From Clostridia bacterium (GTDB taxonomy: Bacteria > Bacillota > Clostridia > UMGS1883): DNA of 46,303 nt. Of the stretch, positions 8,754 to 17,211 are shown piece after piece. The position numbers and the translations under genes are program-made. The notes under the pieces were generated by a model that made no database searches, was not told where the DNA came from, and saw only the letters and a list, made by a program, of their open reading frames with translations. The stretch lies in contig JAZRLV010000033.1 of NCBI GenBank assembly GCA_045646985.1, forward strand, positions 1-46,303. The letters run 5' to 3'. Numbering within the stretch: position 1 is the first letter of the stretch; every line of letters starts with the position of its first letter.

Positions 8754-10112
8754 TTAAAGTCCAAGGATGGGAAGCCATCCCATAAGACAAATAACTTCTA
8801 ATACGAATTGGGCAGCAACCCACCAAAGATTGTTTTTAAACGTTTTTCCGAACTCTGCCTCCGACAATGACATTCCTGCATACATACCAAGACCAAGCGG
8901 CGGTGTGATTCCGCACATAACTCCGCATATGCATGGAAGCATGGCAGCGGCAAGGAGAGGATTAACGCCGACAGTTGCTAATGTTGAAATAAATGTCGGA
9001 CCAAAAATTACAACAAGTGATGAACCGGGAATTACCATGCCGAGGAAGCATGTGAGAATGCAGATAAAAAGTACCATGCCGAATTTATTGAAATTCATTG
9101 AAACAATAAAGGCTTCCATTTCTTCTGCAACGTTCATATCCTTAAAGAGTGCTCCTACCATATAACCGATGATACATACCCCGATTGCAGGAGAAATAGA
9201 TTTAACTCCGTTGACAAACATATCTGCTATTGCAGAAAAAGAAACAGCCTTTTTGTCCTTTGCTATAAGACAAGCATAAAATGAAGAAATACCGGCAATA
9301 AAAAGAAGAAGCGAACCGGAAAGAGCCTTCGCACCGCTTGCGCCTAAACGTGCTGTAAAGAAATTATCTTTAAAAGCATAGTCAAATACAAATGGAAGAA
9401 GAATTATTACAGGGAGCAAAAGTCCCTGCCATCCCTCTTTAAAAACTTTTTTAAGGTCAGGTAATTCTTCTTTTTTCATAGGTTCAACCTTGTAATATTT
9501 ACAAAATGCCCATACCATAATAAGTCTTTGCAAAATAAACCAAATTGAAATTCCCCATAATATAATCCAGAACTGTCCCTGCGAAAGATTAAAGGCAGGA
9601 TAAAGCGCAGTAAAAGCGCCCATTGCTGCCACAATATTTGAAGAGGGGGGGATCATATTTCCCAAATAGCTTGCATTGCTTTCAATATTACCGGCAAGCT
9701 CACGGGGAAAGCCTGACTTAATCATTGCAGGAATGGTCAGTGCGCCTGTTGCCATAACATTTCCGGGACCGCTTCCTGAAAGTGCGCCCATAAAGCTTGA
9801 TGCAATAACTGATACATAGCCGGCTCCACCCCTTATTCTTCCTAAAAGAGAAAGAATAATTGCTACGCACCCGTCAATAACCTTTGTTTTAGTAAGAATT
9901 ATTGACATGGCGACAAAGGATGTCATTGAATAAATAAGTGATGTGGAAAGTCCTGCGTCTATGTAACTCCACACATTTTTCCATGTGCCGCTTACTGTAA
10001 GAAGTACGAGAAAACTAAGTAAGATTGCTTCATAAACAGGTCGTTTAAAAAGTGCAAACCATACTACTACAACAAGCAACAAAATGCCCAGATAGATAAA
10101 AGCCTGCGGCAT
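8754..10112 (-). CDS. TRAP large permease (DctM)-like / ion-transporter superfamily membrane protein
   Basis: About 12 TMs; FMGALSGSG, IPAMIKSGFP, GNMIPPSS and GITPPLG motifs typical of DctM. Confidence 0.8.
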   Translation of the reverse strand: MPQAFIYLGILLLVVVVWFALFKRPVYEAILLSFLVLLTVSGTWKNVWSYIDAGLSTSLIYSMTSFVAMSIILTKTKVIDGCVAIILSLLGRIRGGAGYVSVIASSFMGALSGSGPGNVMATGALTIPAMIKSGFPRELAGNIESNASYLGNMIPPSSNIVAAMGAFTALYPAFNLSQGQFWIILWGISIWFILQRLIMVWAFCKYYKVEPMKKEELPDLKKVFKEGWQGLLLPVIILLPFVFDYAFKDNFFTARLGASGAKALSGSLLLFIAGISSFYACLIAKDKKAVSFSAIADMFVNGVKSISPAIGVCIIGYMVGALFKDMNVAEEMEAFIVSMNFNKFGMVLFICILTCFLGMVIPGSSLVVIFGPTFISTLATVGVNPLLAAAMLPCICGVMCGITPPLGLGMYAGMSLSEAEFGKTFKNNLWWVAAQFVLEVICLMGWLPILGL

Positions 10113-10166
10113 AATAACACCTCCATATTACTAAATCGTTATAAAAATAATTCCATTATGGTTATA

Positions 10167-10195
10167 ATGATAACATGCATAATGACGTTTGTCAA
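10167..10195 (-). promoter_or_regulatory. Sigma-A promoter for the DctM-like operon
   Basis: Minus strand TTGACA-N17-TATCAT with an extended TG. Confidence 0.65.
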
Positions 10196-10216
10196 CATAA
10201 AAATCTAAAAATTCTG

Positions 10217-10245
10217 TTGCATAGCCCAAAGAAGTGGAGTATAAT
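10217..10245 (+). promoter_or_regulatory. Sigma-A promoter for the LysR gene
   Basis: TTGCAT-N17-TATAAT, divergent from the transporter promoter. Confidence 0.65.
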
Positions 10246-10265
10246 TGAAGACGAGGTGAATGTAT

Positions 10266-11156
10266 ATGAATTCACGGCAACTGCAATATGCGGTGATATT
10301 ATCTGAAACAAAAAATTTTTCAACAGCGGCAGAAAAACTGAATATATCACAGCCTGCATTCAGCAAGCAAATTATTGCACTTGAAAACGAGCTTCAAATA
10401 AAGCTTTTTGACCGAAGTACAAATCCGCTTTCTCTTACGGCGGCAGGGGAGTTTTTCATAGAAAAGGCGAGAGAGCTGCTTTTAAGGGAGGATGTCCTCT
10501 TAAAAACTATGGAAAAGTATAAAACAGGAGAAAGAGGAAAGCTTGTAATCGGTGCAGTCCCCTTCCGCAGCTCATATATGATGCCTGTTCTTATAAAAAA
10601 GATAAAGGAAAAGTTTCCGTATTTGCAGCTTGAACTACGTGAATACGGGCTTTCTGTATTGAAAGAGGGGCTTTTGAATGGCGAATATGATTTTGCAATC
10701 ATGAATCTTCCTATAAATGAGCCTCAATTTGACACGATTCCTCTAAAAGAGGATATTCTTGTGCTTGCAGTACCCGACTGTCTTATTCGCTTCGTAGAAT
10801 CAGATGGGGATAAAATAGTTGACCTTTCTATGGCAAAAGATTTGCCCTATGTTACTGTTGGAAAGGAGCAGGAAATGCGTAAGCTTTTTGATGTGCTTTG
10901 TGCAAAGGCGAATATTGAGCCTGATATATATGCCACCGTCACGGGAGTGGCTACCGCATGGGAAATGGTGAAAAGCGGTGTCGCTGCCACCATTATTCCA
11001 AAGCAATTTGTACTGGCAAAAGGAGATTGTTCAAAGGTAAAGCTTTTTGAAATAAAAAATACCCCTTACACCCGTCAGAGTGCTGTGGTATTACGGCGCG
11101 GTCAGTTTGTGTCAGAGTATGCAAAGTATGCGATAGATGTATTAAAGAGTATGTGA
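10266..11156 (+). CDS. LysR-family transcriptional regulator
   Basis: NFSTAAEKLNISQPAFSKQIIALENELQIKLFDR HTH plus substrate-binding domain; GAGGTG RBS before ATG 10266. Confidence 0.95.
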   Translation: MNSRQLQYAVILSETKNFSTAAEKLNISQPAFSKQIIALENELQIKLFDRSTNPLSLTAAGEFFIEKARELLLREDVLLKTMEKYKTGERGKLVIGAVPFRSSYMMPVLIKKIKEKFPYLQLELREYGLSVLKEGLLNGEYDFAIMNLPINEPQFDTIPLKEDILVLAVPDCLIRFVESDGDKIVDLSMAKDLPYVTVGKEQEMRKLFDVLCAKANIEPDIYATVTGVATAWEMVKSGVAATIIPKQFVLAKGDCSKVKLFEIKNTPYTRQSAVVLRRGQFVSEYAKYAIDVLKSM

Positions 11157-11204
11157 ATAGATAAAGCTGAACTGCCACTGGCAGTTCAGCTTTATCTATT
11201 CACA
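11152..11204. terminator. Perfect 53-bp palindrome, probable bidirectional terminator
   Basis: 26-bp arms TGTGAATAGATAAAGCTGAACTGCCA-C-TGGCAGTTCAGCTTTATCTATTCACA between convergent genes. Confidence 0.75.
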
Positions 11205-12425
11205 ATATTTTTCAACTAAATCGTGTCTTATAAGGTCTTTTCCTTCCTTGGAAATTGCCTTTATACGGCTATTTGCAAGGGTGTGCTTTTTCTTGAGAAT
11301 TTCATAAGTATCGGCTTCTATGCTGATATAAGCAACTCTGTCACCGCTGCCATTGATTTTACCAAATTCGGTGCCTTTTGACTTGAATTGCTTGTAGTCG
11401 GAGATAACACCCTCATTGAGAAGCTCATCAAAACCTTCAAGATGGTCAAATGTGCCTTCGTTACAGTAAAGAAATTCATTAACTGTGATTGTTTCAGGAG
11501 GGGTAAATTCTTCTACGTGGGGGAGAGCACCTAACGTGAGGTCAACTACTGCCTTGACTACATCAAATCCCGAAATTTTCTTTATCATCAAAAACTTAAT
11601 TCCTCCGCCTGTTCTTGCGCAAAATTCAACAACAGAAATCCTTTCCCCGTCAGTTATAAGCTGAACAAGCATGGGCGTATTTACAAGACCGAAGGAATCG
11701 GCTATTTTTTGCACGGCATCCTTAATCTGAAGCTTAATATCGTCGGATATTTTTGCAGGGATACGGCTTCTGTTAATGACAAACTTGCCGTCTTCGCCAA
11801 TTTTATACAGGTTTGTAAGACATAGAATATGTGCCTTTCCATTTTCTATGTATGCGTCAACTGTTACCTCGTCACCCTCAACAAATTCCTCTATAATCAC
11901 ATTTTTGCTGCGGCTTATATTTATTGCAATATCAAAAGCTTCCAAAAGGGAATCGGGAGAAGTAACCTTTGTCACACCCCGTGAACTGTAAGCATCCACA
12001 GGCTTTACAATAAGCGGGTAACGAAGGTGTTTTATTTTCTCCATATCCAATTTATCCATTATAGCAAATTGAGAGGTGGGAACACCGTTTTGCGCAAAAA
12101 TCGTTTTCATATATGACTTTTTTGAAACATTTTCTGCTGTTTCAAAATCTATGTAGCAGGGGAGATTCAGCCTTTCGGAAACCTCTGCCACCACCTGAAG
12201 TACCTGGTCGGCACAAACAGTTATAAGAAAATCAACCTTCTGCTCCCTTGCAAGATTCTCTATTGCATCAATATCAAGTACAGAAACTTTATAGAATTCA
12301 TCGGCATATTCTCTTGCACCTACATTTTCATTCATATCTGCAAGAAGCGTGGTTATCCCACGACTTTTAAGTTCTTTTATAAGAGCTATTTGCGGAACAC
12401 CGCCGCAAAGTACAAGTGCTTTCAT
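11196..12425 (-). CDS. ATP-grasp domain protein (carboxylate-amine ligase-like)
   Basis: LVLCGGVPQ, YPLIVKPVDAYSSRGV, IIEEFVEG and VVEFCARTGG motifs. Confidence 0.85.
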   Translation of the reverse strand: MKALVLCGGVPQIALIKELKSRGITTLLADMNENVGAREYADEFYKVSVLDIDAIENLAREQKVDFLITVCADQVLQVVAEVSERLNLPCYIDFETAENVSKKSYMKTIFAQNGVPTSQFAIMDKLDMEKIKHLRYPLIVKPVDAYSSRGVTKVTSPDSLLEAFDIAINISRSKNVIIEEFVEGDEVTVDAYIENGKAHILCLTNLYKIGEDGKFVINRSRIPAKISDDIKLQIKDAVQKIADSFGLVNTPMLVQLITDGERISVVEFCARTGGGIKFLMIKKISGFDVVKAVVDLTLGALPHVEEFTPPETITVNEFLYCNEGTFDHLEGFDELLNEGVISDYKQFKSKGTEFGKINGSGDRVAYISIEADTYEILKKKHTLANSRIKAISKEGKDLIRHDLVEKYCE

Positions 12426-12455
12426 AAGTGTTTCACTCCTTTAGTGCTTAAATAT

Positions 12456-12484
12456 ATAATACATTTTTTTTATAAAGATGTCAA
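12456..12484 (-). promoter_or_regulatory. Sigma-A promoter for the ATP-grasp gene
   Basis: Minus strand TTGACA-N17-TATTAT. Confidence 0.6.
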
Positions 12485-12517
12485 TTCTGTTTATTCACTT
12501 TGTGGTTGAAAAATTAA

Positions 12518-12545
12518 TTGACTTTCTATTTTTTTATGATACAAT
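12518..12545 (+). promoter_or_regulatory. Sigma-A promoter for the sugar transferase operon
   Basis: TTGACT-N16-TACAAT with an extended TG. Confidence 0.6.
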
Positions 12546-12629
12546 AATTGTGGTGCTTTTTACGTTGTAGCTGTTTTTTGACATACTATTACATTTTATT
12601 TGAAATTTATATTGGGATGTGCAAGTATT

Positions 12630-13262
12630 ATGAAAAATTTAGAATTAGGAATAAAGAGGCTTTTTGACATGCTGGGAAGTGTTGTCGTGTTAGTAGTCTT
12701 GTCGCCCATACTGTTTGTGTCGGCATTACTGATAACATGTTTTATGCCCGGACCTATATTCTTTTTTCAAGAAAGGGTTGGCAAAAACGGAAAGACATTT
12801 AAGATATACAAATTCAGAACTATGAAGGTTGATAGAGAGGCAGAAATGAATTTTGATGTCAGCAAAGACGAGGAAAGACGGACAGTTGTTGGTGATTTTT
12901 TAAGACGCTTTAAAATTGACGAGGTAGTACAACTTATTAACGTACTTAAAGGCGATATGAGCATGGTTGGCCCCAGACCTACATTTAAAAGGCAAGCAGA
13001 CCAGTACAGTGAATTTGAAAAACAAAGATTGGCTATGCGTCCAGGTATGACGGGATTGGCACAAGTAAATGGGAACACGTCTCTCTTGTGGAAAGAAAGA
13101 ATAATATATGACGTTCAATATGTACATAATTTTTCACTCCTGTTAGATGTTAAAATTTTGTTTAAAACAGTACTTATAGTGTTGTTTGGCGAGAAGAGAT
13201 TTAAACGAACTCCTATAAAAGATGTTGATATAAATAAAGTTATGATTGAAGAGAGGGTGTAA
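12630..13262 (+). CDS. Priming monotopic phosphoglycosyl transferase (PglC/EpsL-like bacterial sugar transferase)
   Basis: KRLFD, FFQERVGKNGKTFKIYKFRTM, KIDE, GDMSMVGPRP and RPGMTGLAQVNG motifs. Confidence 0.93.
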   Translation: MKNLELGIKRLFDMLGSVVVLVVLSPILFVSALLITCFMPGPIFFFQERVGKNGKTFKIYKFRTMKVDREAEMNFDVSKDEERRTVVGDFLRRFKIDEVVQLINVLKGDMSMVGPRPTFKRQADQYSEFEKQRLAMRPGMTGLAQVNGNTSLLWKERIIYDVQYVHNFSLLLDVKILFKTVLIVLFGEKRFKRTPIKDVDINKVMIEERV

Positions 13263-13264
13263 TA

Positions 13265-14164
13265 ATGAAAACAATATTGGTCGGTTCGGTTAAATCAAGC
13301 GAGCGTTTATTAAAAGTGATGATAGAGAAAAATATCGATGTCAGAATGGTGTTTTCGCTTGATGAACAATATTCTGAAAATGTATCCGGATATACCCCTA
13401 TTCATAATCTTGCAGAAGAACACAGCATTCCATATACAAAGTTCAGAAAAATAAATGATGAGGAAAATGTTAAGATTATCAAGGAAATTGAGCCTGATTA
13501 TATATTCATTGTAGGACTTTCACAACTTGTAAAAAAAGAAATTATTTCATGTGCAAAAAAAGGAGTGGTTGGTTATCACCCAACTCCATTACCGAAATTC
13601 AGAGGGCGTGCTGCTACTGTGTGGCAGATATTACTTGGAGTTGAAAAATCAGCTGTTACAATGTTTTTTATAGATGAAGGTATAGACTCGGGAGATATTA
13701 TATGCCAGGAGGAATATGAAATCGGGGAAAAGGACTATCCGCTAGATGTAGCTAAAAAGACAGAAAAAGCTTCTTTAAAACTTTTTTCCAGAGGACTTGA
13801 TTTATTACAGAATCCTGATTTTAAGCCAACACCACAAAATGAAGAAGAAGCCACATATCTGTTAAAAAGAACACCGGAAGATGGCAAGATTGATTGGAGT
13901 GAATCGGGCGAAAATATAGAAAGATTGATAAGGGCAACTTCAAAACCCTACCCCGGTGCTTTTGCAAGTTATGAAAATAAGTCTGATGTTATTTTTTGGA
14001 GAGCTGAATTTATTCCCGAAACTAAATATATTGGTTTTAACGGGCAAATTATATCTGTTGAGAATGATAAAATAAACATTTTATGCAAGGATGGAATTTT
14101 ACAGGTAACTGACTACACACTTCCTGAAAATGTAAAATTGATAGTGGGTCATAAATTTAAGTAA
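13265..14164 (+). CDS. N10-formyl-THF-dependent formyltransferase (Fmt/ArnA-like; probably sugar N-formyltransferase)
   Basis: GYHPTPLPKFRG, IDEGIDSGDI, IDW and PYPGAF motifs; sits in a glycan operon with no def gene nearby. Confidence 0.85.
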   Translation: MKTILVGSVKSSERLLKVMIEKNIDVRMVFSLDEQYSENVSGYTPIHNLAEEHSIPYTKFRKINDEENVKIIKEIEPDYIFIVGLSQLVKKEIISCAKKGVVGYHPTPLPKFRGRAATVWQILLGVEKSAVTMFFIDEGIDSGDIICQEEYEIGEKDYPLDVAKKTEKASLKLFSRGLDLLQNPDFKPTPQNEEEATYLLKRTPEDGKIDWSESGENIERLIRATSKPYPGAFASYENKSDVIFWRAEFIPETKYIGFNGQIISVENDKINILCKDGILQVTDYTLPENVKLIVGHKFK

Positions 14165-14175
14165 GGGTGGTATTT

Positions 14176-14835
14176 TTGAAGATTTTAGTATATGCACCGC
14201 ATAACGATGATGAGGTGCTCGGAGTTGGAGGGACAATTGCGAAATTGTCAGATGAGGGACATGAGGTTTATATTTGCGAAGTAACACGTGGAAAACAGCA
14301 AGAGAACGTCGATAAGCTCAGAGCTGAGGCAAAAACAGCTCATGAAATTTTAGGCGTAAAGGAAACGTTCTTTTTGGATTTGCCGGTGGTTCATCTTAAG
14401 AATTTACAGGTAAGTGAGTTGAACAAGAAATTTCTTGATATCACTAAAAAAATATCTCCTGACGTGACATTTATACCTCATAAAGGTGATATGCATATAG
14501 ACCATTACGAGGTGGCAATGGCTGCAATGGTAGCACTCAGACCGGTAGAAATACCGAATTTGAAAGCTATATATGCATATGAAACATTGTCTGAAACTGA
14601 ATGGAATATCCCTTCAACAGATAACTTGTTTGTTCCAAATGTTTGGGTTGATATATCTGAATATATAGAAAAAAAGAAAGATGCAATGAAATGCTATTTG
14701 TCTCAATTAAGAGAATTTCCAAATCCTCGCTCCTTGAGGGCAATAGAAGCATTGTCTGAATATAGGGGCTCGACCATTTGTAAGAAAAATGCAGAAGCAT
14801 TCATGCTGATACGCCAAAATGACATTATAGTTTAA
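14176..14835 (+). CDS. PIG-L/LmbE-family deacetylase
   Basis: APHNDDEVLGVGG, HIDH, YETLSETEW and AEAF motifs; TTG start inferred. Confidence 0.9.
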   Translation: MKILVYAPHNDDEVLGVGGTIAKLSDEGHEVYICEVTRGKQQENVDKLRAEAKTAHEILGVKETFFLDLPVVHLKNLQVSELNKKFLDITKKISPDVTFIPHKGDMHIDHYEVAMAAMVALRPVEIPNLKAIYAYETLSETEWNIPSTDNLFVPNVWVDISEYIEKKKDAMKCYLSQLREFPNPRSLRAIEALSEYRGSTICKKNAEAFMLIRQNDIIV

Positions 14836-14907
14836 AAGCATAGGGAATATATATAGCCTGCATCGGAGTTTGGCTTTTGAAAATTTAAAAATATATAGGT
14901 TTGCTTT

Positions 14908-14937
14908 ATAGGTATAGTTTGCAACTATACCTATTTT
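14908..14937 (+). terminator. Rho-independent terminator
   Basis: ATAGGTATAGTT-TGC-AACTATACCTAT followed by a short T run. Confidence 0.65.
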
Positions 14938-14976
14938 CGTTGTTGTCATTATTTGAAATTCCTAAACGAGTCTGTG

Positions 14977-15005
14977 TTGACATTTTTTACTTGTTTCGTT
15001 ATAAT
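14977..15005 (+). promoter_or_regulatory. Consensus sigma-A promoter
   Basis: TTGACA-N17-TATAAT, exact match. Confidence 0.85.
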
Positions 15006-15045
15006 ATCTTTATAATACTCTGTAAATATCAAAGGAGAATGGAAA

Positions 15046-16065
15046 ATGCACAAGATTTCTTTAATAGTCCCGGTATATAATGCCGAAAAAACTTTAAAAA
15101 GATGCCTTGACAGTATACAAAGTCAAACATTATGTGATTTTGAAGTGCTCCTAATTAACGATGGTTCGAAGGATAGCAGTGAAGCTATTTGTAATGATTA
15201 TTGTGAAAATGATTCGAGATTTAAGCTTATCAATCAGGAAAACAGCGGACCTTCTTCGGCGAGAAACCGAGGAATAGATGAATCAAAGGCAAAATATCTT
15301 GCTTTTGTTGATTCAGACGACTATATAGAGCCGGATATGCTTGAAAAGTTATATAATGCTGCTGAGGAAACAAAGGCGGATTTGACAATGTGCGGATACT
15401 ACACCGAAAATGAACTTGGAAATAAAAAAGAGTCTGTTTGTAAATTTGGTGCAGGTGTTTACCGTGGTGAAAAGTGCAGGAAGATAGCGGTTGAGTCAAT
15501 TGATATCGGAATAAGGGGGAATATACGTCCGTATTCATGGATAAGGTTTGTGCGTCGTGAATGTATGGAGAATCCCAAAATGCGATTTGATACAAAAATA
15601 TACCGAAGCGAGGACTATCTTCTTTGGACACAGGTATTCTTTAAAATTGATTGTCTCTGTCTTATGAGCGATGAATTTCTCTATCACTATGTTGAAAACA
15701 CAGGCTCAATAACTCATAGACACATAGAAAATTACTGGAAAATGGCAAAGGAAATATATGATAAATTAAAGCTTGAACTGCCTGACGAAAGGGAAGTTTC
15801 TCAAAATCTTGCATTTATGCTGATAAGGCGTGCATATATGTCGCTAAAAAATGCGAGTAAGGCAGAGAATGAAGATATCTTTAAAACTGAAATGAGGGAA
15901 GTTTTAGGGGACAAGAAACTTAAAAATATTGTCAAAAGTATTGATTTTAATAGGGGAACAAAGGTTTTGAAAGAACGTTATTTGACATTGAAGTTTAATC
16001 TTTATTTTTTAATAAAGGCAGAGAACTATCGACGCTACAGAAAGCTGATGAATAAGGGGAGATAA
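15046..16065 (+). CDS. Glycosyltransferase family 2
   Basis: IVPVYNAEK, INDGSKD, SSARNRG, FVDSDD and SED motifs. Confidence 0.93.
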   Translation: MHKISLIVPVYNAEKTLKRCLDSIQSQTLCDFEVLLINDGSKDSSEAICNDYCENDSRFKLINQENSGPSSARNRGIDESKAKYLAFVDSDDYIEPDMLEKLYNAAEETKADLTMCGYYTENELGNKKESVCKFGAGVYRGEKCRKIAVESIDIGIRGNIRPYSWIRFVRRECMENPKMRFDTKIYRSEDYLLWTQVFFKIDCLCLMSDEFLYHYVENTGSITHRHIENYWKMAKEIYDKLKLELPDEREVSQNLAFMLIRRAYMSLKNASKAENEDIFKTEMREVLGDKKLKNIVKSIDFNRGTKVLKERYLTLKFNLYFLIKAENYRRYRKLMNKGR

Positions 16066-16067
16066 AT

Positions 16068-17201
16068 ATGAAAATCGGAATTATAACGTTTCATTTTGCA
16101 CATAACCAGGGTGCAGTTCTGCAATGCTATGCATTACAATGCTTTTTAAAGAAGCAAGGGTATGATGTAGAGGTTATAAACTATTGCCCGTCATACCATA
16201 CCAACCGCTATAGCGCCAAAAGAAATCCTTTTATTATGGCAGTAAGCAGCTTGAAAAAAAATAGGAACGCAAAAATTCAAAAGAAGCTTTATCATATGGT
16301 ACGCTCTTTCGCAAAAGGGATTTATATTTCTATTGCAGGAACATATAAATTGCGTGAGAAGAAATTTGCGGAATTTACAAAGACGCATCTTAATTTGTCA
16401 GGAGAGTATAAAACTCTTAAAGCACTTCAAAAAATGCCGCCCGAGTGTGATGCGTATATTTCCGGAAGTGACCAGCTATGGAATCCGGATTTAGTAAATA
16501 GTGGTTTTGACAGTGCATATTTTTTGAATTTTGGAGGAAGCAATATTAAAAAGATTACCTATGCCGTCAGCCTTAGAGAAAACTATACACAAGAAGAAAA
16601 GGATGAAATAATGACATACTGTAGAAATATAAATGTTATTTCATCACGTGAGAGAAGTGAAACTCTTTATGAACTGCTTGGAGAAAATTACACAGTGTGT
16701 GTAGACCCTACCTTGCTGCTTGAAAAAGAAGAATATGCTGATGCAGAAAACGAAATTAAGGAAGCAGAACCGTATATTTTTGTGTATGGCTTTGAATCAT
16801 CGCACAATATTCTTGAGGCAGTAGATGAAATCTCAAAAAAGACGGGACTTCGTATTATTAATGGTTCCCCGGACAGGGTTATGCTGAATAATGCGATAAA
16901 GCTTTGTAATTATGGCCCAGGTGAATTTCTCAGTTACATAAAAAATGCTGATTTTGTAATAACAAATTCCTTTCATGGAACGGCATTTTCGCTTATTTAT
17001 AATAAACAATTTGTTACGGTAGCACATACGACACGAGGAAGAAGAATGACAGAGCTGCTTGAAAAAGTTGGACTTTCGGAAAGAATCTGGAAAGAGAAGA
17101 ATGATGAATGGAAAAAAGAAATTGACTATGCTGAGGTAGAGCAAAAACGCAATGCCTTAAAGCAACAATCTGCGGAGTACCTTAATAAAAGTCTGAAATG
17201 A
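16068..17201 (+). CDS. Polysaccharide pyruvyl transferase family protein
   Basis: KIGIITFH..NQGAVLQCYAL, SGSDQLWN, DPTLLL and TNSFHG motifs. Confidence 0.88.
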   Translation: MKIGIITFHFAHNQGAVLQCYALQCFLKKQGYDVEVINYCPSYHTNRYSAKRNPFIMAVSSLKKNRNAKIQKKLYHMVRSFAKGIYISIAGTYKLREKKFAEFTKTHLNLSGEYKTLKALQKMPPECDAYISGSDQLWNPDLVNSGFDSAYFLNFGGSNIKKITYAVSLRENYTQEEKDEIMTYCRNINVISSRERSETLYELLGENYTVCVDPTLLLEKEEYADAENEIKEAEPYIFVYGFESSHNILEAVDEISKKTGLRIINGSPDRVMLNNAIKLCNYGPGEFLSYIKNADFVITNSFHGTAFSLIYNKQFVTVAHTTRGRRMTELLEKVGLSERIWKEKNDEWKKEIDYAEVEQKRNALKQQSAEYLNKSLK

Positions 17202-17211
17202 GGGGATTGTT

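Noticed and set aside
12464-12535. T8 and T7 tracts in the spacers of the divergent promoters as phase-variation switches
   Set aside because: Tracts this short are common in AT-rich intergenic DNA; no evidence of length variation.
13265-14164. Housekeeping methionyl-tRNA formyltransferase (fmt)
   Set aside because: Lacks the FMGTP N-terminus and def/rsmB context; lies in a sugar-modification operon.
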